Counted from the stretch's first letter, positions 45,843 to 55,845 are shown. The stretch: 64,000 bases of DNA from an uncultured Candidatus Saccharibacteria bacterium (GCA_964448075.1 CAYUUR010000004.1:4419-68418); one strand, 5' to 3'. Notes: generated by a model from the sequence alone, not told the origin. Translations and numbers: made by a program.

Positions 45843-46694
45843 ATGTCAATTGAGTCAGGGCCTCAGGTAGAGAATTTTGCACCCTTGCCATCTGTTGAAG
45901 TAGTTTCTAATTCAATAGAAAGGAAATTGGTTGGTATTTTGATGGCGGGAGGTTTGCTTATGTCTGCTTGTACTGGATCAGAGAGCAATGAGACAGGAAC
46001 TCCTCCAGGCGGCATAATTGAGACGGGCACTACATCTTCAGTTGATGTGATTGCATGTTCCTTAGGTTCTACAATGGAAGGATGCTACGAGTATACAGAA
46101 ATGTTCGATTTTTACAGAGAAGCAGTCAACCTAGTAGATCCATACCTGCAGGATCAATTTGAACCGGATTTGGTTAGTCCGGAGTATGCATATATTAAAA
46201 GTGGCGATAGTATATCGCGAGCTTGCATGCCAGATTCCAAGGAACCAGCTCCACTCGGCTCAGACGCTTACCTTTACTGCCCTGTTACCCAGGAGATTGT
46301 AATCGGGCAGGATTAACTGTGGTCATTTTATACTGAACAGGGCGATGCAGCACCAGTGGTGGGGTTGGCTCACGAAGTAGGTCACCATATTCAAAACGCT
46401 AGCGGCAATCATGTAAATTTTGGAGTTTATCGAGCGGATACTATTAGATCCGAGAATCAGGCCGACTGCATTGCCGGCGCTTGGTTTAATTATGTAGACC
46501 TACAGGGATATGTAGAATTGGACGACATCGATGACATTGAAGGGCTTATATCTGTGATTGCATCAAGCGAAGCGGATGTATACCGTGATCATGGGACGGT
46601 GCAGGAGCGCACAGAGTCCTTTATATATGGGTACGATAATGGGATACAGGGTTGCAACCAATACTTTACAGACTATCCGATAATCGGAGGCTAG
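45843..46694 (+). pseudogene. YpfJ-type neutral zinc metallopeptidase interrupted by one in-frame TAA
   Basis: ORFs 45843..46316 and 46356..46694 are in the same frame. The only stop between them is TAA 46314-46316. Read-through gives ..YCPVTQEIVIGQD*LWSFYTEQGDAAPVVGLAHEVGHHIQN.. with an intact HExxH. AGGAGG precedes ATG 45843. Confidence 0.7.
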
Positions 46695-46705
46695 TTACTA
46701 GATCA

Positions 46706-47425
46706 TTAGGCAGCAAGAAGGCTGAGCCGATCTTCGGTCAGATCTAATTGTTCGTTGATGTGCGCAATAACGTGTGGCGCCAGCGGGAAGTCGGGACTGC
46801 GAAGCGCAAGACGCATGACTGGCACGGCAGGTGTATATTTGCGCGCGAGTTTAGGGACTTTTGGACCTACCGTATAGATAAGCCCCGTAGCGTTATCCGT
46901 AAAGTCGGACAACTTGATAACACCCAGCCATGGGTCGCCATTGAGGAAGAGATCGCTGACATGTGCAAGGTAGTCTTCGTTTTTGGTTTCGGGGTTAAAT
47001 TCAGGGTTGGTAACGCCTGCCACGAGCCGTGCAACGCGTGGGTTGAACCAAGTGCTAAGCGTGGCTAGAGCAGCGTTTTTGGGGTCAGGAGCGCCATCGC
47101 CAGCGAGGGTTTTGGCGTGGTCTTCGACGCTATCATGCAAGAGCGCCGCACATATGACATCAATATCATCGACTTCGTAGTGAGACATAATCCTCGTCGC
47201 TACCCGGACAATATGATTAATGTATGGTTCACGCGTGCGGTGCTGGTCTTTGTGTAGTTCGTATGCAGCCACGAAGGCTTGATTGGCTTTGTGTTGGTCT
47301 TCAACACTGAAGCGTGAGACTTCGTAGCTAAAACGTTGCACCAGACCTTCCGTACCAAACATTTCTGTTATGGCATGCAAGGGCATGACGGCTATTTGTG
47401 ATTCAGGAGAGTGTAGTGTTTCCAT
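46706..47425 (-). CDS. HD-domain (p)ppGpp-hydrolase-like protein (SpoT/Mesh1 hydrolase type, no synthetase domain)
   Basis: 239 aa. HKDQHRTREPYINHIVRVA and AALLHDSVEDH match the RelA/SpoT hydrolase HD motif. Confidence 0.75.
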   Translation of the reverse strand: METLHSPESQIAVMPLHAITEMFGTEGLVQRFSYEVSRFSVEDQHKANQAFVAAYELHKDQHRTREPYINHIVRVATRIMSHYEVDDIDVICAALLHDSVEDHAKTLAGDGAPDPKNAALATLSTWFNPRVARLVAGVTNPEFNPETKNEDYLAHVSDLFLNGDPWLGVIKLSDFTDNATGLIYTVGPKVPKLARKYTPAVPVMRLALRSPDFPLAPHVIAHINEQLDLTEDRLSLLAA

Positions 47426-47546
47426 GTTTCATTATAGCCATACATGTGGTGTCAGCACAAGCGAAAACTGACTATAATATAGTTGTGGTTTGGAGGCTGT
47501 TATTGCATACTACTGATGAACTTATCGGAGTTTTCGGGACAATTAT

Positions 47547-48176
47547 ATGAGAGAAGAACTACAAACAATTTATACAGAGCGACTCATGCTTCCTAGTGAC
47601 GACCCGAGTGTGGCAGATTTTTTGGGTCGGTACGAAGAAGAACCATGGCGACATTACCATACGCTTACACATATTGAGCAAATGACACATTTTTTGCTAA
47701 TGCGGGAGGGTCGTATTGCCGACATACCAACTGTGCTACTGGCAACGCTAGGACACGATGTTGTTTATGATCCTACAGTTGGCGACGGGCAAAACGAAGA
47801 GCAAAGCGCCATGTTGACCCTAGAGACTTTTGCAGGCAAACAACCAGCAGAACGCTTGCGCAAAGCGTCAGCATATATATTGGCAACGGCTTCGCATCAA
47901 TGGAAAGGGTCTGATCATGATCTTGGCTATTTTTTGGACGCGGACATGTCAATCCTTGCCGCTGAGCCAGACGTCTTTGATGCGTATGATGTGGCTATCG
48001 CTCAAGAATATGCTCATGTTGATCCAGAACTATTTCGCAAGGGCAGAGCAGTTTTTTTGGCAGAATGGGCCGATGAGCAAAAGGTAATTTTTGCCGTGCC
48101 AGAGATTCGCGCAGAGCTAGAAGACCAGGCAAAAGCAAATCTTAGCCGCACCCTAGCCAGCTACCTGAACGAATAG
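47547..48176 (+). CDS. HD-superfamily hydrolase-like protein (tentative)
   Basis: 209 aa. WRHYHTLTHIEQM and LGHDVVYDP resemble the metal-binding His/Asp pattern of a small uncharacterised HD-like family. Confidence 0.55.
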   Translation: MREELQTIYTERLMLPSDDPSVADFLGRYEEEPWRHYHTLTHIEQMTHFLLMREGRIADIPTVLLATLGHDVVYDPTVGDGQNEEQSAMLTLETFAGKQPAERLRKASAYILATASHQWKGSDHDLGYFLDADMSILAAEPDVFDAYDVAIAQEYAHVDPELFRKGRAVFLAEWADEQKVIFAVPEIRAELEDQAKANLSRTLASYLNE

Positions 48177-48246
48177 CTGGCCGTGTAACCTACTTGCCAT
48201 TTTGTTGCGCGTGGCGCAAACTTAAGGTTATAAACGAGGGAATACT

Positions 48247-49725
48247 ATGAGTGGCGAAGCCTTACAACAATCAGAAATACTCGATAATTTTGAGTTTATC
48301 TCGCTCTTATCTGATTGGCAGCAGGAGGTCGCTCGCTATGACAGCAATGACAGCGATTTGTACCAAAGTCTTGTCGACCGTTACGGAGATATGGGCGGGG
48401 TTGATCGAGCCGAGGAAACGGTTTCTTATCTACACGGGCTTTCTTTAGACGCCTACATTGCTGAGCATCGTGATAATGACGGAGTAATTGACAGGCAGTT
48501 TGAACTCCGAGCAATGGCAGAGTCAGAGCGTGAAGCAGCCAAAGCGCAAGTTATTGCTCATGCTGAGCGTCAGGGTGCCGATGTATTTACACTGTATGGT
48601 TTGCAACATTCACTAAGACAGCAGAAGAATACCGATCTATCAGAAGTCGTCAATGAAGTGCGCCAGGCGCGCGATAATTTGCGGGCAGTGGATGAGTTTG
48701 TCCGTGAGCATGGGGGAGAAGTGGTAACGGTGTATGACCAGCTTCAAACAGTGCAAGCCGGCCAACTAACTGGTGAAGGCATAACGATTGTTGACCGTAA
48801 CGTGGTCTTGCCAATTAATCCAGTAACCGCACGGCTGGTTGGGCCAAGTTATCATCCTCAGGAGCTCCAGGTCACAGACGAGGAAGTCCAAGAAGTTGAC
48901 CAAATTACCGTAAATGCAGCTGCTCTCGTCCGCCGTGGTGCAGTTATTGTGTCCCCTGAGGCAGTCCTGGATGCAGAAAAGTGGCTTTCCACCGGCAATA
49001 TAGTAGGTAATGTAGTGTTGACTGCTGGTGAAGTGCCGGCTGGTCCACTGAAAATCCCACATGACAAGGAATCGTATCTTGACCATTACACGCGACGGCT
49101 TAATGCCTTCAGACACGTTGGTAGGTTGGCAGCAGAGAGTATTCGACCTCCGCGTTTGAGCAACGTCGAAGTAATTAATCAGTTGGCTGAACTGGTCGGT
49201 GAGATTCCTTATAACGAAGGTTTGGCTGAATACGGGATCAGATTTACCGCCAAGCCTTTGCAAGATATCGGCGGACGCGCCTGGCGTCTCGAGATAGATA
49301 CTGGTAGCCAGAGGTCTAGCAGGCTGATTGTAGAGCGAGACGATGTGCACTCGCCTGGTTGTGGATCACGCGGTGAGCGGACTGCCAGCACGACGCGCTT
49401 GATTGCCGACTTACGCAGTGGTACGGTGCAAACGCTCACCCAGTCGACACATATTGGGCGAGACGTAATGTTCCCACGGCCATCAGTTGATAGTCCGTAC
49501 GAGTTGCTGAGTCGTTTTGCAAAAAGTAGTACGTTTCTGCTTTTTCGTACTCCTGAAGAAATGTTAGACCTGCTTGAGTACCAGCTCGTATCAGAGCCGG
49601 AAGATTCTTCTGGTTTTGGCAATCGGCGCTCTAAAGTCGTTGCACTTGAAGACGTTGCACTCGAAGACAAGGTGGATAATTTATCGCTTGGTGTAGCTCG
49701 GCTGATGCTTCGTCATCACGACTAA
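48247..49725 (+). CDS. hypothetical cytoplasmic protein (orphan)
   Basis: 492-aa uninterrupted ORF, acidic, with no TM segment, signal peptide or motif I recognise. Confidence 0.55.
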   Translation: MSGEALQQSEILDNFEFISLLSDWQQEVARYDSNDSDLYQSLVDRYGDMGGVDRAEETVSYLHGLSLDAYIAEHRDNDGVIDRQFELRAMAESEREAAKAQVIAHAERQGADVFTLYGLQHSLRQQKNTDLSEVVNEVRQARDNLRAVDEFVREHGGEVVTVYDQLQTVQAGQLTGEGITIVDRNVVLPINPVTARLVGPSYHPQELQVTDEEVQEVDQITVNAAALVRRGAVIVSPEAVLDAEKWLSTGNIVGNVVLTAGEVPAGPLKIPHDKESYLDHYTRRLNAFRHVGRLAAESIRPPRLSNVEVINQLAELVGEIPYNEGLAEYGIRFTAKPLQDIGGRAWRLEIDTGSQRSSRLIVERDDVHSPGCGSRGERTASTTRLIADLRSGTVQTLTQSTHIGRDVMFPRPSVDSPYELLSRFAKSSTFLLFRTPEEMLDLLEYQLVSEPEDSSGFGNRRSKVVALEDVALEDKVDNLSLGVARLMLRHHD

Positions 49726-49774
49726 CAGGTAGACTTGGGCAATACGCTTGTGGTAAAATTCACCGAGTACATTA

Positions 49775-52324
49775 ATGGGTAACACGGTGAAAATAAAGAG
49801 CAGATATCTACTTGCAGTCATAGTCCTTGCAATTGGCGTCATAACGCCGATGTTTTTGTTTGCCCAGAATGCGTCGGCAGCAACCTTCGCAGTTGATTCA
49901 ACACTTGATGCAACGGATGACAACATTGGTAATGGCCTTTGCGATGACGGTGCCGGCAACTGTACGTTGCGTGCTGCAATCCAGGAGGCAAATGCTACGC
50001 CAGCAGCCGATACGATTACTTTTGCCATTGCCGGAGCTGGCCCACATACGATAGCATTACTTGATTTTCTGCCAGACATCACCACCCCAGTAACAATTAA
50101 TGGTACGAGCCAGACAGGTGCGAGCTGTGGAGATTTGGTGCCTGATGTACTCCCGGCAGAGTCGAATGATGTGCATGATTTACGAATTGTACTTGATGGA
50201 TCAGCCCTGACATACGTAGCTGTAGATGTCGCAATGCTAGTCTTCGGAAACGGCTCCTCCGGGTCCGCCGTAAGCGGACTAGCCGTTGTGAATGCTGGGC
50301 AGAATGCAATCGATTCTGTGTCAGGATTAGTAATCGGCGATGGTGTGTCGAACATGACAATTAACTGCAATTATTTCGGTGCGAGTGCTGATGGCGTTAC
50401 GTTTGCCGAAAACCTTGGAACTGACCTCTACTCTTCAAACGCAGGAGGCTCAAATATCACTATAGAGGATAACCTCTTTGCAAAAAGACTCATAGTCAAT
50501 GAAGGTAGTAACTATATTGTGACGTCAAACCTCTTCTGCACTGACGAATCAGGTTTAAATGAACTTACCGACACAGAAGACTATTCTCAGGGGATTTATT
50601 TAGACGGCACGACAGCAAGTCAGGTTAATAACAACGTTGTAGCGGGGTGTGAGAATCAAGGGGTGGGTGTGAATGCTGCCGATGACACTAACATCTCGGA
50701 AAACTACATTGGCGTCAATATGAATGGTGTCGGTCTTGGTAATGGATCGGGTGGTATAGAAGCTACAATTCCTACCTCGTTGACAGTCACTGCAAACTTA
50801 ATTGCGAATAATGATGGTGTTGGTATTCAGGTTTCAGAAGGCACCGGAGAGGCCTTCGATAACACCATCCGAGAAAATTTAAGCGACGGAGCTAGTATCT
50901 CTGGAGCTATCGGAGGCACATTCACGCTTCGCAACAATACGATATTTGATAATCAGCATGGCGTTTCGGCGTTTGCCAACGCCGAGGTAGATGATAATAG
51001 TATCTATAGTAATGATCTCACTGGCGTTAGGGTTAGGAGTAGGGGTGCAGTAGTTACTGGCAACCTAATTGGGCTTAATACTGATGGGGAACCGGCAGGG
51101 AATGGGACTGTCGGAGTTGAGGTATTTTACGGGAGTGACCTGGGCGCTACAGAGGAGCCGTCGATAATAGGTGGAAATACTCCTGAAGAAAGAAATGTAA
51201 TATCTTCAAACACTGATTCTGGCGTACATATCTATAACGATGGTTGTTCAGTGACACGTGACACAAGGATAACTGGAAACTACATTGGTTTGAATGCGGA
51301 TGGTGAGGTTTCAGCTGGTTACGGCAATGGCGGTTCTGGCATACAAGTTAACGAAATATTCACAGAAGATTGTGGCGGCGGTGTTTCGGTCTACAATCAT
51401 GCAATTGGTGGCGACAACCCCGGAGAGCAAAACGTAATTGCTGGCAATGAAGGTGATGGCGTGCAAGTGTTTAGTGTACCTATTGAGATGTGCGACGACG
51501 AGTTTGACGAGTATCCTGGCGATACATATAAGTGTGCAGGCTCGGACGTATTTAACATTGCCATATTGCCAAACAGTATTTATGGTAATGGTGGCTTGGG
51601 AATCAACTTGGCAACCGACACAGATAACGATGGTATTGCCGATATTGAGACGGGTCCGGCAACGAAAAATACCACAGACCCGGCAACGTACCCGGCAGAG
51701 CAGGCCAATCATTTCGTCGCCTACCCAGAGATTACTGATGCGGTATACGGAGACGACTACGTCAAGGTTGTATACGATTTTGATGCTAAGGATGACGACG
51801 GGACTATAGACGTGGTTGGGTATAGGTTGGATTTTTATATAAATGACAGCCAGGATCCGTCTGGCTATGGACAGGGCAAAACGCATCTTGGTCATTTCTT
51901 TGTAGATGGCGACGAAGCGGCAGCAGAACATACCTTCATAACTGATTTAGCGCTTGGCGACTACGTAAATGTATCGGCCACTGCAACGCTGCTGACAACC
52001 GATTCCTTCATTCCCGAAGAAGAAGTGGTTTTTGGTGCTGATGTGTATATTAGTAGCAAAGAGAGCCCTAATATGATTAGCAAGATTAGTAACTTCTTCA
52101 TGCCAACTGCCAGTGCCGCAGAAGTAACACCAACCGAAGGCAGCTATATATATGGCTCAACCTCAGAATTCTCTTCATTCACTAGCCTCAGCGAGGACCC
52201 AGCTAATAGCCTAGCTGATACGGGAGCCTCAAGAACTACCGTGCTGGCTGTTGTGGCTTTGTTGCTAACCGCCGGCGGAGTAGTGTTCTCCACGAAACGT
52301 CGAGTGATCTTTGTACATAAATAG
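49775..52324 (+). CDS. sortase-anchored surface protein: CSLREA-type N-domain + parallel beta-helix repeats + LADTG signal
   Basis: 849 aa. Signal peptide ..AQNASA/ATF, GNCTLRAAIQEAN, many NxxGxG beta-helix turns, and LADTG (52211-52225) followed by a TM helix and a KRRVIFVHK tail. Confidence 0.85.
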   Translation: MGNTVKIKSRYLLAVIVLAIGVITPMFLFAQNASAATFAVDSTLDATDDNIGNGLCDDGAGNCTLRAAIQEANATPAADTITFAIAGAGPHTIALLDFLPDITTPVTINGTSQTGASCGDLVPDVLPAESNDVHDLRIVLDGSALTYVAVDVAMLVFGNGSSGSAVSGLAVVNAGQNAIDSVSGLVIGDGVSNMTINCNYFGASADGVTFAENLGTDLYSSNAGGSNITIEDNLFAKRLIVNEGSNYIVTSNLFCTDESGLNELTDTEDYSQGIYLDGTTASQVNNNVVAGCENQGVGVNAADDTNISENYIGVNMNGVGLGNGSGGIEATIPTSLTVTANLIANNDGVGIQVSEGTGEAFDNTIRENLSDGASISGAIGGTFTLRNNTIFDNQHGVSAFANAEVDDNSIYSNDLTGVRVRSRGAVVTGNLIGLNTDGEPAGNGTVGVEVFYGSDLGATEEPSIIGGNTPEERNVISSNTDSGVHIYNDGCSVTRDTRITGNYIGLNADGEVSAGYGNGGSGIQVNEIFTEDCGGGVSVYNHAIGGDNPGEQNVIAGNEGDGVQVFSVPIEMCDDEFDEYPGDTYKCAGSDVFNIAILPNSIYGNGGLGINLATDTDNDGIADIETGPATKNTTDPATYPAEQANHFVAYPEITDAVYGDDYVKVVYDFDAKDDDGTIDVVGYRLDFYINDSQDPSGYGQGKTHLGHFFVDGDEAAAEHTFITDLALGDYVNVSATATLLTTDSFIPEEEVVFGADVYISSKESPNMISKISNFFMPTASAAEVTPTEGSYIYGSTSEFSSFTSLSEDPANSLADTGASRTTVLAVVALLLTAGGVVFSTKRRVIFVHK

Positions 52325-52350
52325 CTAACATTCCATATGCGATCCGTATT

Positions 52351-52359
52351 TGCTATACT
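52351..52359 (+). promoter_or_regulatory. extended -10 element TGcTATACT
   Basis: TGCTATACT at 52351-52359 lies 13 nt before ATG 52373. This argues against the listed 52337 start. Confidence 0.35.
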
Positions 52360-52372
52360 TAGCATAAGCTAT

Positions 52373-54283
52373 ATGAAAGGCATATCATTGAGAAACAGGA
52401 CAGGCACTTTTTTAGCACTTTCGGTGTTTGTTATTGTAGGTGCGGCATCAATCTTTTTGTATTCCCCTATGGTGTCAGCCGCAACCTTTGAAGTTGATTC
52501 AACGCTTGATACTACAGACAACGATGCAGGTAACGGTATCTGTGATGACGGGTCGGGTAACTGCACTCTACGTGCTGCTATAGAAGAGGCTAATGGTAAC
52601 GGCGGTTCAGACGTTATTAATTTTGCAATATCTGGAGCAGGTGTTCACACCATTGTACTGGAAGAGGCGTTGCCCGTGATATCGGAAACCTTAGTAATTG
52701 ACGGCACTAGCCAATCCGGAGCCAGTTGCGGCGATCTGGTTCCCAGCCTGCCAAGCTCATCCAATATACCCCATAACTTACTGATTGAGGTTACGTACCA
52801 AGATGATGACGCAAGTTCATACGGAACAGCGTTTCTTATTGACTCGTCTGGTTTGGGTGAAGCTAGTAATACGACCATACAAGGATTGGTGATTAACCAT
52901 AATACTACCTGGAACGGCGAGTTTGTGGCCATTAATGTGGGTAGGGATACGGAGGGTGTTTTCTATGATGAGAATGTGTCAATTAATTGTAACTACATCG
53001 GTACAAATGCCACGGGTACGGCTATCTTAGACTCTACTATAGGCGTCAGTTATGGTTCAATTATCGAAGGACTTACAGTAACCAATAATCTTATCTCTAC
53101 TACAGGAGTCGGCGTGAGAGGGGAGAGCCTGCATCAAGCAACAACCTTGAGTAGTAACTTAATTGGCACGGATGCAAGTGGGGAGCAGCCTTTGGGGCAA
53201 GAAGATGGCATTATCGGGAACCTTACAGATACAACTATTCAAGGAAACGTAATATCAGGTAATACAAACGACGGCGTTAGATTTAATTATGGTTCACAAA
53301 GTATAATCGGTAACTATATTGGACTATCCGTGTCCGGTGAGCCACTTGGCAACTTAGGCAATGGTGTGCGGGCAGATTCCGAGAGTATAGATTATCGAAT
53401 CGGTGGAGACATGGCAGGCGAACGGAATATAATATCCGCGAACGGCAACAACGGTGTAAGGATCTATAATCATCTGGAGACAGGCGATAGCTGTTCCGCA
53501 ACGATTAACCAGCGGGGAGCTGTTCAGGGTAATTACATTGGTACGGATGCTGACGGATTGATCGCCGAAGGCTATGGGAATAATCAGAATGGAGTCCAAG
53601 TAAATGAAACTACTACCGCAGCTCCTTGTGGGGTTGCTAATAGTATATATCGTATTCAAATCGGTGGAGATGCCAGTGAGGGCAATGTAATTGCCGGTAA
53701 TGGCAACGATGGTGTGCAGATTTTTCAGGCACCCGGAGCTGACGTGTTTGGTATTTCAGTAATAGGTAACAGTATATTTGGCAACGAGAACCTAGGTATC
53801 AATCTCGCCCAAGACTCTGCTAATGATGACGTAGCGGATGTCGATACGGGCCCAAATGAAAATCGTTCTTTTGCCCTTACCTACCCATCCGAGCAAGCCA
53901 ATAACTACATTAACTATCCAGTTATCAATAGTTCGCGTAGTAATGAAGCAGAGTTAGTTATAAATTACGATTTCACCGCGGGTTTGATTGAAGAAAGCGA
54001 AGACGGTTTATCGCTACGTGCCGAAGACTTGGTGGGGTATCGTTTGGATTTCTACCTAAACGATCAACTTGGTAATCTAGGATACGGTGAAGGTAAACGT
54101 CATATCGGTAGCTTCATCGTTGATGGCAGTGAAGATGATGCAGAACATGTTTTTTCTGGGATCTCTAACATTGACGATAACCTAACTGTTTCTGCAACTG
54201 CAACCGTGCTATGGAGGAACAATAATTGCAACCAGAATTCAAGAAGTGGAAATGGGCCACCATATGTTTCGAATTGTGAGTAA
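52373..54283 (+). CDS. secreted CSLREA/beta-helix protein, paralog of 49775..52324, lacking its own anchor
   Basis: 636 aa from ATG 52373. Signal peptide ..SPMVSA/ATF, GNCTLRAAIEEAN, collinear with the upstream paralog to ..VSATATVL. It then ends with an unrelated 23-aa tail and no LAxTG. Confidence 0.8.
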   Translation: MKGISLRNRTGTFLALSVFVIVGAASIFLYSPMVSAATFEVDSTLDTTDNDAGNGICDDGSGNCTLRAAIEEANGNGGSDVINFAISGAGVHTIVLEEALPVISETLVIDGTSQSGASCGDLVPSLPSSSNIPHNLLIEVTYQDDDASSYGTAFLIDSSGLGEASNTTIQGLVINHNTTWNGEFVAINVGRDTEGVFYDENVSINCNYIGTNATGTAILDSTIGVSYGSIIEGLTVTNNLISTTGVGVRGESLHQATTLSSNLIGTDASGEQPLGQEDGIIGNLTDTTIQGNVISGNTNDGVRFNYGSQSIIGNYIGLSVSGEPLGNLGNGVRADSESIDYRIGGDMAGERNIISANGNNGVRIYNHLETGDSCSATINQRGAVQGNYIGTDADGLIAEGYGNNQNGVQVNETTTAAPCGVANSIYRIQIGGDASEGNVIAGNGNDGVQIFQAPGADVFGISVIGNSIFGNENLGINLAQDSANDDVADVDTGPNENRSFALTYPSEQANNYINYPVINSSRSNEAELVINYDFTAGLIEESEDGLSLRAEDLVGYRLDFYLNDQLGNLGYGEGKRHIGSFIVDGSEDDAEHVFSGISNIDDNLTVSATATVLWRNNNCNQNSRSGNGPPYVSNCE

Positions 54284-54557
54284 GATTACTGTAGCCATAG
54301 TCGTTGTCTTAGCGACGCTTGTATCTATGCCGGCTTATGCACATGCAGCAGAAATCACGCCAGATCCAAGTACATACAGCCATGGTTCGACGTCAGAATT
54401 TTCTGCGTACAGGAATCTGAACGAAGGAGGCGTAACTGACGGTAGCCTGGCTGATACCGGAGACCCGGGTTATTACCACCTCATAATAGGCGGCTTGCTC
54501 TTAAGTGGTGCTGCAGCTTTCTTACTCGTTCGTAAGCAGAAGCACCTAGCGAACTAA
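54246..54557 (+). CDS. small signal-peptide protein with LADTG sortase signal
   Basis: 103 aa (GTG 54246; ATG alternatives at 54252 and 54264). Signal peptide MFRIVSKITVAIVVVLATLVSMPAYAHA/AE. The mature ~45 aa are homologous to the C-terminus of the 849-aa paralog. LADTG (54447-54461) is followed by a TM helix and an RKQKH tail. Overlaps the upstream gene in another frame. Confidence 0.65.
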   Translation: MEMGHHMFRIVSKITVAIVVVLATLVSMPAYAHAAEITPDPSTYSHGSTSEFSAYRNLNEGGVTDGSLADTGDPGYYHLIIGGLLLSGAAAFLLVRKQKHLAN

Positions 54558-54583
54558 AGTCTAGCGACGTATAATGTAGAGCA

Positions 54584-55228
54584 ATGAACTATCTAATCGC
54601 CATTCTCGGTGTGTTGTTTCTTCTGGTCTTGTCCGAGTACTTGTGGCGCGCACAGCACGTTCGCGGGGAGATTGGCCGCAAATTAGTTCACGTCACTGTG
54701 GGCATGTACGTAGCCTTTTGGCCGTACTTTATGTCGTGGCAAGAGATCCGAGTGATGTGTGTGGCGTTTTTCTTGGTAGTACTTGTTTCGCAAAGACTAA
54801 ACACCTTTAAGGCTATTCATGAGGTCAAGCGCAAAACACACGGGGAGTTACTTTTTCCAGTCGGGATTCTCATAGCTTCATTGCTCGCGTCAACAGAACT
54901 TGTCTTTACTGTGGCGGTATTGCACCTCGCTTTAGCCGATGGGTTCGCAGCAATATTCGGCACTATCTATGGTGAGCGTCGCCATTACCGCGTGTTTACC
55001 TATAAGAAGAGCGTGGTCGGCACGGTGACATTTCTCATTATATCGTTCCTTCTGATCGGTTATGTTGTTTTGATGCAGGGTTCTTCCTACGCACTGGCCA
55101 ACATATGGATCGTTATCTGGTTGCCGTTAATCGCTGCATTCATGGAGAACGTTGGCGTGTTAGGAACAGATAATGTGTTGGTACCGCTGGTTGTTGTCGC
55201 TGGTCTAAATACGCTGCAACTTATCTGA
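54584..55228 (+). CDS. cytidylyltransferase-family membrane protein (CdsA / dolichol-phytol kinase-like)
   Basis: 214 aa, polytopic. RKLVHV and LADGFAAIFGTIYG....KKSVVGTVTF follow the CTP-transferase family pattern. Confidence 0.65.
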   Translation: MNYLIAILGVLFLLVLSEYLWRAQHVRGEIGRKLVHVTVGMYVAFWPYFMSWQEIRVMCVAFFLVVLVSQRLNTFKAIHEVKRKTHGELLFPVGILIASLLASTELVFTVAVLHLALADGFAAIFGTIYGERRHYRVFTYKKSVVGTVTFLIISFLLIGYVVLMQGSSYALANIWIVIWLPLIAAFMENVGVLGTDNVLVPLVVVAGLNTLQLI

Positions 55229-55241
55229 TATACTGGTGAGC

Positions 55242-55823
55242 ATGACTAGACAGAAAAACATCCCTAAAAAATCTCCATATCAAAAAGCTAAGCAGCACCT
55301 CGAAGACTACCTGAGTGAATTTGTGTACGGTGGTATTGATGGTGCGGTGACAACCTTTGCGGTTGTGGCCGGTGCAACTGGTGCACGATTTGAGGCCAAA
55401 ATTTTGTTGGTGCTCGGCTTCGCTAATTTGATCGCTGACGGATTCTCCATGGGTGTTGGGTCGTACCTATCTACCAAATCTGAGCAGCAACTTATGGAAA
55501 AGAAGGGTGAGTCAATCGCTGATGAGCCTTCGCCCGTTATTAACGGTGTTACAACGTACGCTTCATTTATACTTGTTGGACTCGTACCACTGTTGGTATT
55601 TACAGCGGACTTTATCTTTAACCTTGGCATGAACAATATGGATGCATTCTACTTAACGGCCTTCATGACTGCGCTCGCTTTTGTGGGTATTGGTTTACTA
55701 AAGAGTCGCGTGGCTCAAGCGCCCCGCGTTCGTTCGATTATGGAAACATTGGTTTTGGGTGTGATTGCGGCAGGCCTTGCCTACGTCTTGGGTGACTTGC
55801 TCGAGAAGCTCATCACTGGATAG
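55242..55823 (+). CDS. VIT1/CCC1-family metal (iron/manganese) transporter
   Basis: 193 aa from ATG 55242 (GTG 55236 listed). FVYGGIDGAVTTFAVVAGATGA and GFANLIADGFSMGVGSYLS. Confidence 0.82.
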   Translation: MTRQKNIPKKSPYQKAKQHLEDYLSEFVYGGIDGAVTTFAVVAGATGARFEAKILLVLGFANLIADGFSMGVGSYLSTKSEQQLMEKKGESIADEPSPVINGVTTYASFILVGLVPLLVFTADFIFNLGMNNMDAFYLTAFMTALAFVGIGLLKSRVAQAPRVRSIMETLVLGVIAAGLAYVLGDLLEKLITG

Positions 55824-55836
55824 ACCAGACCGTCTC

Positions 55837-55845
55837 TGTTATAAT
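55837..55845 (+). promoter_or_regulatory. extended -10 element TGtTATAAT upstream of tRNA-Gly
   Basis: TGTTATAAT at 55837-55845, 21 nt before the tRNA 5' end. Confidence 0.45.

Noticed and set aside
46314-46316. Stop-codon reassignment or programmed read-through at the in-frame TAA
   Set aside because: TAA, TAG and TGA all terminate conserved genes in this window at the expected positions, and no other conserved gene contains an internal stop. A nonsense mutation or base-call error is the simpler reading.
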